Part shown: positions 1 through 9,900 of the stretch, one piece after another
How the letters are laid out: each line of letters begins with the position of its first letter
Position numbering within the stretch: the stretch's first letter is position 1
Source: Podarcis erhardii
Lineage: Eukaryota
NCBI GenBank assembly: GCA_964252035.1
Contig: OZ176212.1
Direction: 5' to 3' (one strand)
Length of the DNA: 64,000 nt
Notes under the pieces: model-generated
Told to the model about the DNA's origin: nothing
Seen by the model: the letters and a program-made list of their open reading frames with translations, nothing else
Databases searched by the model: none
Made by a program: the position numbers and the translations under genes

Positions 1-522
1 TATTGAAAATCCTAGTATTGACCTTTGAAAGCTCTAATTTGTCTGAAACTCATATATCTAGAGGGCCATCTTCTCCCATACCACCCAGACTTCTTGGTTT
101 ATTGGGTGAGGCCAGGTCACACTGAATACATTCTGCTGCCTGAGATAGAAACCAACTGGTCCTGCCATTGAATCCTCCTTCAATATACCAGTAGGACCAC
201 AACATCCACTGCACTTGGGACCCCAAACTAGTTAGAGGAGTCAGGGGAGGCACTCCTCAGACCTAGAGCAGAGAGAAAAGGCAAGCGTGCCTAAGAAGGT
301 GAGAGAAGGCTGCCCACGTAGAGCAGACATCTTTAAATGCTGCTGATGGCTCCCTACTATCTGTTTTGTGCTACACAGGTTATTTAATTTGCAAAGCTCA
401 CAGGAAACACATTTTGTGAAGAGCAGGACCACCCTCCTTTTTCAGCCACAACTCTACAAAACGTTTTTTTGATAGAAAAGATCATGGTGATTGAGTGTGA
501 AGAGTCCAAGGCAGTATCTTAC

Positions 523-2660
523 CTGGGGAATCTTGTAGATGCCCAAGATGTTTGCCATTTGGAGGGAGGTATCAAAGTCCAGTCCCCCAATAACTGCCAC
601 CAGGTGTTTCTGGGTGTCGCACTTGTAGTTGGGTATTAGTGTGGAGGGAAGATTCAGAGCAGCCTGATAGGTCATCCTTTCATTGAAGTAACTGTCATAG
701 ATGTGGAATCCTAAGGTGATATTTGGTAAGATCTTGGGGTTCTCATTGATCTCCTTGACAGCAAATATCAAGGCCAGAATATGCTGGTAGTTCTTTGGCA
801 CAACACTGCAATGAGAATTTCATGCTATATATTTGAAATATATGCTATGCAAATTTTTTTTAAAAAGGCAGGGGGAGGCTTGACAATTCTTCAGCATTTT
901 AGTTGAAATTGTGTCCTATTATATATGCAAAGCAGTTTCCCCTTAAGGAATCCCACTTTGTATCCCACTTTTATACTTGTAGCTCACTTTTATTAAAACA
1001 GTGGTACCTCAGGTTAGAGACGCTTCAGGTTACAAATGCTTCAGTTTACAGACTCCGCTAATCCAGAAATATTACCTCAGGTTAAGTACTTTGCTTCAGG
1101 ATGAGAACAGAAATCGTGCGCCAACATTTCTATGCATTTTGATGGAAACTTTACATCTGTACTTGCATTTTTGTATACATGACTTGGCTAGAAGATTGCA
1201 CTGCAAAATCTGGAGAAGTATAAATTTCAAATGATGGCTCTCTTTTGGTTTAGATAACTTTTTAGAGCAAGCAAATTTTGGCAGGTTCATGTTCAAATGT
1301 GAACTGATTTGTAAGAACTTGGCAGCTTCCTACCTTGAAATAGACACCAGCTCATCTGTTCTGATCTTCAACACAAAATATGGTTAACACACTGGGGATA
1401 AGTAGTTTAATATTTAAACCTCAGCTGTCCACTTTCACAGCTTTCTTTGGTTTTTCCATCACCCCCCCCTTACTTCTCCCAACTGACAGTTAACAGCCAT
1501 TTCTTGGCTGATCAGAACCTTCAGCCAATTAGTCTGTTGTTGCCCAGGCCAATTGGAATGAATGGACCTGATCTAGCCTATGTCTATATATGAAATTCCC
1601 TCCCTTCCCCTGTCACAAGTCCTTTGTCATCGAACAAGCTTGCACCATAGTTACACTACAAGGCTACAGACATTGACAGTCACACAGAGACATCAACAGA
1701 AGCCATAAAATATTTTGAAACCATGAAGATGATTAATTATACTACTACTACTACTACTACTACTACTAATAATAACCCCCCCCTTCATCTGAAGATCTAA
1801 CATGATAAAAATAGAGTGTACGGGCTGCCCTTTGGGCTTAGACATATACAAATTGTTTATTTACAGGTACTGATCTGATCCCACAAAAAAAGTTGTATTG
1901 AAATGCAGAGAGGCAGGTAGCCAGGCTTAATGGAGTTATTCTCATCATATTCAAACTTGTGACACATTTTAAACTGGGAGGGTCATATAAGACTAGCCTG
2001 ACTTGGATGAGAACAACTGAATGAGAATTTCACCTCAAAAGAGAGGTGAGCTTTTAAGACCCTTCACCCCAAACTTTCAGAGATGAAGTTCAAAATTCAG
2101 AACAGAGAAGGGATTTTCTTCTTAAACTAGGTAAGTTTAAGTTGTGGCTCCTCTTGTGAAACTCTTCTTGGAAGAAATTTGGTGGGATGTGGGGAGGAGA
2201 GAACACATGAATGAAAGAAAGACTCATCTCACTGACGACACACTCAGATCTCCATTTCCCTCCTTCCAAGCCAACTCAAAAGCTCTGAAATGGTCCCCCC
2301 TCCCCGACACCTCTGCCTGGAAGGAAATCCCTCTAAAATCAGTGGAACATGCTTCTCAGTAAGCCTGGTTAGCGCTGGGGAATGTTTCTGTACCACCTGA
2401 TTACTTGATACATGAAGTATTTACAAGGTATTAAGAAGTTGATGGGTGGTTAGCCTTTCTGTGAAGTCTACTTTGTCAAAATTGGTAAAGAGGTGAGAAG
2501 CAAGTCCGCCAACAATAAGATCACCAGCTTGGTAGTATTCATGTGGAATTCTGGACAGATCATGGATGGTGCAACGTGTATGTTTGCACACCATATGAGG
2601 CAGATGAAAGAGAAGGGGCACAACAAACAGCAACATACTGAGGCAAATATTCTTTCTCAT
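523..2660 (-). CDS. V2R gene A, partial (exons 1-2; exons 3-6 lie left of the window)
   Basis: Exon 1 is 2660-2425 ([12 protein letters not shown] signal peptide; donor TT|GTAAAT, phase 2). Exon 2 is 805-523 (acceptor ttgcag|T; [33 protein letters not shown]...IYKIPQ|GTAAG). These are typical class C GPCR Venus-flytrap N-terminal exons. Confidence 0.93.
999..1119. mobile_element. Truncated Tigger/TcMar-type MITE in A intron 1
   Basis: Begins CAGTGGTACCTCAGGTT and matches the left half of the complete copy at 12787-13028. The right terminus is deleted. Confidence 0.75.
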
Positions 2661-4431
2661 CCGACACCCTCATTTCCAGCTGGAAAATGAACCTCAGCTT
2701 CAGAACCACGCTCAGTACAATATTCTGCCTTGACAGGAACAGCACTTCCCTACCAATTCACAGATTAAAATCCTATTTTACGCCTCAAAAAAGAGAAATG
2801 GAGAAATCCTCCCTCTTCCTCTTCCCTCTCCCTTGCTTAGAATGGCAGGAAGGTGTTTTATGCCCATGTTTAGACTCTGGCTGGTATTGTCTGGAAATCT
2901 ATGGAGACATTATTCAAGAGAGACTTAGTCATGATGAGATTGATAATTACAGCTGTGATGATAACTAGGTCTCTCTACATCAAAAACAACAAAATGAAAA
3001 AACACCAGCACATGCTTGTGTTATTTCATCAAAAGTGGTTTCTGTCTATTTATGGGACAACAAAAGAACATGCAAAAATAACTACAAGGAGGAAGAAAAG
3101 AAGAGAACGGTGGTCTAGTCTGCTATCAGTGCTGGAAAGCTTTATCTGAACAGTGGAAATGATCAGTCTGACCTCTAAAAATTCCCCCTGAACATCTGTT
3201 CATTAATTTATTGACAATTCTACTAAGACTGAAAAATTGTGAAAGAGATTCAGTTATGGCAGATGATTTGTGTAGGTAGCAAGGAAAATTAAGTATAATC
3301 AGGGAGAATTTCCTGGATGCCAAGATCCAGGTTTGGGGCAAGTACTCTTTGGTGAGAGAACCCTAGCAGAGATTTCAAATCACAAAATTCAGCAAAGTAA
3401 AGTGTGAAAATATGGGTTGTTAGATCTCAAAAAAATATACCCTCATGAGTTCCAAAACTTCCCTCTCCCCTTACCATTGAAAAGGACCACACATCTGGTC
3501 AGTGAAAAACTGGTTTACATACAAATTCTTCAAAGGTCAGGTTCATGTGTTTCTCCATACACCAGTCAGAAAACACAGGCAGTAGCACTTAGCTTAGTTA
3601 CAGCGGTGAAAGCTCCAAATTATTGGTATAGGAGTCCAAGAGAGGCTTCTTAGAGGCATGAGTTCTGAACTTGTAGCAACAGCTAAGACCTTAAATGTTG
3701 CGCTTCTTGGGCTGATAGACTGATAGAGAGCAATAGGCCATGTATGTTATGTAATTAGGGTGAGGTAAGCTAGTTTTTGCTGTTTTGGGGACTGCTAAAA
3801 TTCCAAGAGCACCTTGGTATCTTCCTTAAATGTAATTCTAAGGCAATTCTAAGGGGCGATATATAGATGTAATAAAGAAAAAATGATTAGCAAATACAAA
3901 AAGAATGGTTAATTAATGTATTTGAGATATCAAGATGTAAGAGAGAATTAACTTTACAATTGCCCAGATGTATTCAGTATTCATAGTGGGTCATGGAATA
4001 AAATAGTCTTTTTGTTTACCAATCTTCTTGTTCCACCATTTTTCAAAGAATGTGAGATAATATTGTATTTTCTAATTAAAAGGACTTTTATTGTACTCAT
4101 GTTCAAAATGCTTTTTCTCCAAAATATTCATTCAGAACTAAACACTCCCATCTTCTGAACCAAAGCCCATTAGCAATACCACCATTGTTATAAGTAACAA
4201 CAATGAGGCCAGAGGAACATCACCCAGCTGTGAGATATGAAGGTTGCTCTCCTCAAGACCTTTTCCACCTGGCCTAGGGGGCAAGGCCCAGACTCACCAG
4301 CCGTACTGAAGAGGCTCCTCATGAGGCCGGAGGAACATCACCCAGCTATAGTTTTATTGTTTTATTTGTTTTAATATGCTGTACACCACTTTGAGATTTT
4401 TATTAAAAATATAAAGCTGTATAGAAATTGA

Positions 4432-6472
4432 GAGACCAGTTGGTTAAAGGTATACAGGTCGGAGCTAAACAGTATAAACTGAGAGCTTATGCAGATGACT
4501 TAATTTTGACATTACAGGAGCCAGAATCTAGTACCAAAAGAGTTCTAGACTTAATTCATGAATTTGGTCAAGTGGCAGGTTTTAAACTGAATAAGTTAAA
4601 AACTAAAGTTTTAGAGAAAAATCTAACACCAACTGAAAAAGAAAGGTTTCAGAATGAGACTGGTTTGACTGTGGTTAAGAAAGTGAAATACCTTGGGATT
4701 CATATGACAGCAAAAAATGTGAACTTATTTAAAGATAATTACAAAAAATGTTAGACAGAAGTGAAAAAAGATTTAGAAATATGGTCAAACTTGAAGCTTT
4801 CCTTGTTGGGCCGAATTGCAGTCATAAAGATGAATGTATTGCCTAGAATGTTGTTTTTGTTTCAAACATTGCAGATTGTGGACAAGATGGACTGTTTCAA
4901 GAAGTGGCAGAAAGATATCTCTAGATTTGTCTGGCAGGACAAGAAGCCCAGAATAAAATTTAAGATATTAACTGATGTAAAGGAAAGGGGTGGATTTGCC
5001 CTGCCAGACCTCAAACTTTACTACGAATCAGCAGCATTCTGCTGGCTGAAAGATTGGCTGCTTCTTGAGAACACAGACATTTTGGACTTAGAAGGATTTA
5101 ATAATGCTTTTGGGTGGCATGCATATTTGTGGTACGACAAGGTTAAAGTACATAAAGCATTCAAAAACCATATTGTCAGGAAAGCATTGTTCAATGTTTG
5201 GATAAGATACAAAGATTTACTGGAAAATAAAACACCAAGGTGGTTGTCACCAATGGAAGCGAAAGCTTATAAAAGACTCAATATGGAGTCCAAATGGCCA
5301 AAATATTGGGAAATTTTGGAACAAGAGGGAGACAAATTGAAACTGCAGAGCTTTGAGAAATTAAAAAATAAAGTGCGAGATTGGCTTCATTATTGTCAGA
5401 TAATGGAGGCTTATAAATTGGACAAGAAAATTGGATTCCAGGTGGAAAAATCAAAATTAGAAACAGAACTTTTAGAACCTAAAACCAAGATTCTGTCAAA
5501 GATGTATAACTTGCTGCTGAAATGGAATACTCAGGATGAAATGGTGAAGTCTGTTATGATTAAGTGGGCACAGGATGTTGGACATAACATTATGTTTGCT
5601 GACTGGGAACAGTTATGGACCACCGGTATGAAATTTACGGCATGTAATGCCTTGAGAGAGAATATTATGAAAATGATTTACAGGTTGTACATGACCCCAG
5701 TCAAGCTTGCAAAAATTTATCATCTGCCCGATAATAAATGTTGGAAATGTAAAGAGACTGAAGGTACATTCTTTCACCTTTGGTGGACGTGCCCAAGGAT
5801 TAAGGCTTTCTGGGAAATGATCTATAATGAAATGAAAAAGGTATTTAAATATACCTTTTTGAAGAAACCAGAGGCCTTCTTCTGGGCATGGTCGGTCAAT
5901 TGGTGTCAAAGAAGGATAGAATTTTTTTTTATGTATGCGACAACAGCAGCAAGAATACTCATCACAAAATATTGGAAGATACAAGATCTACCCACTCTGG
6001 AAAAATGGCAGATGAAGATGATTGACTATATGGGACTGGCAGAAATGACCGGCAGAATCCGAGACCAGGGAAAAGAGTCGGCGGAAGAAGATTGGAAGAA
6101 GTTTAAAGACTACTTGCAGAAACACTGTAAAATTAAGGAATATTAGAGAGATGATGGAAAGTAACTAAGTGGTTTTCAGCTGTAATGCTTAAGAGATAGA
6201 AAATAAGGACTTGAAATAAGTAAGACATAATGGTAAGGATTTGCTGAACAAACAATTTGAATTGGAATATAAGAAAGGGTGGTATGAGGAGGTCTGGAAA
6301 GTAAGGTAAAAGAAAATATGTAAATGGAATTCATATGTGTTCTTTTGTTTCTTCTTGTTTTTAAATTGTTTTTAATTTTTGTATTTTTGTATTCCTGTTC
6401 TTTTTTCTTCTTTTTTCTTTTTTGTTATAATGTATTAATTTTGAAACTTTAATAAATATTTATTTAAAAAAA
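4432..6472 (+). mobile_element. 5'-truncated L1-clade LINE (ORF2 3' half, 3'UTR, A tail)
   Basis: RT motif YADD at 4428-4754, continuing in frame past one TAG into 4761-6146, which includes the C-terminal CWKC...HLWWTC cysteine motif. AATAAA and an A tail near 6450-6472. TSD AGAAATTGA at 4423-4431 and 6473-6481. The empty site is at 18163-18171 in the next unit. Confidence 0.95.
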
Positions 6473-6928
6473 AGAAATTGAAAAGTAGCTAAAAAATAAA
6501 AAATAAAAAAACAGAAATTGTGTAGCAAATATTGCCTGTAACTACTGAAATCAATGGTACTGATTAATCATGATAGTAGCAGTTCCACTGAAACCTTACT
6601 TACTGGAGAATCACATAGAAAAGAATAAGGAGAAGCTTTCTAAGCCTCCCAATATATTGCTTTCTCTTTTTCAGTGTATAATTAACCACCATCTGATGTT
6701 CTAGTCAGGCCTTCATACTTTGCAGTACCCATGACAGTTTCTTAGTTTCCAAAACGTTGAAAACAGTTGTGGACCCCTATTTCAGAAAGACCACAGAGGA
6801 TTTTAAAAGGAATTGCACATAGGACTTGTAACAGATAAAATACAGCATGGTTATACGATGTAGAAAAAGAGAGATTAATTTGCCCATATTCTGATAGAAC
6901 AAATAAACAGAGATGATAGGTTAATTTG

Positions 6929-9900
6929 TTATTTCTTCTTTATTAACTTCTCCTTGCAGTTCAAATCAGGCCTTAACACAATGATGTAGCATTTGGGAGC
7001 AAAGATGGAGCCCAGTAAGCCAGCACTGGAGGCCAAGATGGAGAAGATCTCCACAGCCACCATGTATTTCCCCTTGGTGCCCAGGTAGACTGGAACAAAG
7101 GAGATCCAAACACTACAAAACAACAACATGCTGAAGGTGATGAATTTGGCCTCATTGAACCTGTCAGGCAGTTTCCTGGCAAAAAAGGCCACAACAAAGC
7201 TGAAAACGGCCAAAAAGCCCATGTAGCCCAGGACACAGTAAAACAGGGCAACTGACCCTTCGTTGCAGCCTAGAATGATTTCCCTCATCACAGACTGCAT
7301 GTCAGAATCAGGAAATGGGGGAGAGGTTCCTAACCACACAGCACAAATGCCTGCTTGGATAAGGGAACAAGAAATCACAATAGCGCTTGCCAGTCTTTTC
7401 CCCACCCACTTCCTCATTCGGGATCCTGGTTTGGTGGCTACAAAGGCCAGAATCACCGTGATCGTTTTGGCCAGCACACAAGAAACGGTCACTGTGAAAA
7501 CAAGGCCAAAAGCCATTTGTCGGAGCAGGCAGCTCACTCTTTCTGGAGGGCTGAGGAAGATCAATGGGCAGAGGAAGCAGAGCAGGAGGAAAGTGAGGAG
7601 AGTGTAGGTGAGGTCCCGATTGTTTGCTCTGACAATGGGTGTGTCCTGATGTTTAATGAAGATGGCAAGGACTAATATTGTGAGGAGAAAGAGAGAAAGA
7701 GCCAACAATGCTAAGCTCATCCCCAGAGGCTCTTTAAAAGACAGGAAGCTGATGGTCTTTGGAATGCATTGTGATTGGTCTCTGTGTGGATAGTGATCTT
7801 CGGGGCACCCAACACAGTCATCCATGTCTGGAGAGAAAATAATATATTCAGATTTCAAATGTTCTCCATAGCAACTACAAATGCTACCAGTGTGGAACTC
7901 TTAAAGTTAAAATAGAAATATCACAGATGTCTCCTTCATACATTTGAAAAGTACCATCTATATATTGTGTCTCCTACCTTTCTGGGTTGAAATCTTGCCT
8001 TGAGGACATGGAGCACAATTATAGCAGCAGAATGGCTCCCCCTCCTTCTTTTCCTTCCTGGAACCAGGAGGGCAACTTGGGTTACATAACGAAATGGGTG
8101 AAACCTGCCCATTTAAATAAACACATAAACATTTTAGCACACAGAAATTAGTAGTATTTTCCCCAACCCCCAAGTAGAAATAGGAAGACACTAAAATACT
8201 TAAACCAAACTCAGAGCCAAACTACTCATTTTTCTATTCATGCTTTAAAAAAAGTGTGCTCAACCTGACCATCTGGCGAACAAATATCTCAAATGGAGCG
8301 CGATCTGTTGGAATGTAATGTTAAAGATAATCTCTTATCCTATCTCTCATGGATGTAGGAATTATGCCTCACCTGGTTAAAGCTCTGGTGCCACACCATT
8401 CTGTTGTCATCAATGGAAATCAGCTGGGCTGGGACAGCCTCCCCACCCAGTCTTCCAACCTTGACTCTCATGAAGGAGTTATTTGGAAAAGTGACTATGT
8501 TGGCAATATCAAAGCCAGCTTCTACTTCCCTGCTCTCACTGAAAGATACCATTTCTCCAGCAGAGTTGTTAAAGGAGACACTCCTAAGGAAGGGATGGAG
8601 CTGCATTGGAGGAAAAATAGGAACTATGAAGTAATGCATATGTCTCTCCTTACTGACACTCAGGATGCCTCCAACGTTCAGTACTGGCAGGGACTGCTAT
8701 TCAAACAGAATCCACTCATTGGAATTGGTTCGTAAGGCGAGCGTTCCCATAGACAACCAATGATTTCCTTTCTCTCCTATAGGGAAAATCCTAATGCATT
8801 CCAGACCAGTTCCAACTGCCTGGATATGTCACATCCCATGGAAGAGAATTGTAGGGTAACCAGCCTCATATAACCATCATGCAGACATCTAATCAACGTA
8901 TGAAGGGGGTTAATGCCATTGAGTAAGCTGTCCTATCAGGCTTCGTCTATGTCACTTCCCTTCACTTTGGGAGGAAATGGGCAACAAAGCCTTTTGGATT
9001 TGGGGAAACTCAGCCTACATGTGAATATCAACCAAAGCCTTTGTTTTGTGAAAGATTTGGAAAGAAAATAAAAGGCCCTCTTGTGACGCAGTTTTTAATC
9101 GGGATCCGCCATTACGAGACGATATTGCAAGATTAATAGTCAGAGGAGGAGGCGAGCCATTGCTCTGTTATCATGTTTGTTTTCTAAATTCGATGGCAAA
9201 TCTTCCCTGGAAAGACTGATTTATGGCGCAACTTGTCTGGGAAAATTAATGAGCAGACCCTTAGATTCTATTTCATCGGAACTGAGAAAGATGGCGCCTG
9301 CCGCCCGAGCAGGACTTTTGGATCAGCGTGTGAAGATTTATTGCAAACAAAAGATTTCCCAGCTTTTAAAAAAAGTTAGAGCCTTACAAAGTTCACACAG
9401 AAGCATAATAATGCTTACTTTAACTCACCTGTGGAAACAACTCAGAGGCTATTAAGAGAAAAATGATAACAACAAGAAGATCAAAAGATGGGACTGGTGA
9501 ACACTAAAAGCAGCAGAAATATGAGATGACTGGACCCTTACTGAACTCAAAGCATGGGAATGCCCAACAAAAATTTATAATTTGGCAAAATATTTGGACT
9601 TTATGATATGTATTGTTATAATTCAGAATAATGAATGTGATATGATTGGATTGTTAAATGGAAAACTTAATAAAAATTATTTAAAAAAACAAAAAACAAA
9701 GAAGCAGCAGAGTGCAGGATTCACACCTACTGCTTAACAACTGGAGGAGCAACTTATCTCTGTATCTGAAGAAGTGTGCATGCACACGAAAGCTCATACC
9801 TAGAACTAACTCAGTTGGTCTTTAAGGTGCTACTGGAAGGAATTTTTTTATTTTGTTTTTATCTCTGTACGTTAAGGATCCTAGTCTACAGTCAGCACTT

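Noticed and set aside
1998-2060. Hairpin CACCTC-AAAGGA-GAGGTG in intron 1 of all units, as a hammerhead or structured RNA
   Set aside because: It lacks a correctly spaced CUGANGA and GAAA core, and C and F carry stem-breaking changes without compensation.
2421-2660. Stand-alone 79-88 aa ORFs (MRKNICLS...) as small secreted peptides
   Set aside because: They are exon 1 read into the donor; the TAA stop overlaps the GT splice site, and the phase matches exon 2.
7263-7675. Recurrent antisense and alternative-frame ORFs over exon 6 (MQPRMIS..., MDKGTRN...)
   Set aside because: These are shadows of the hydrophobic 7TM codon usage, and their starts and ends vary between paralogs.
8349-8735. Antisense ORF of 128-149 aa over exon 4, open in all five copies (also 19880, 30368, 39911, 55607)
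   Set aside because: It is in exact codon register with the sense exon, so it stays open whenever TTA, CTA and TCA codons are absent. The copies are recent duplicates, not independent evidence, and there is no recognisable domain.
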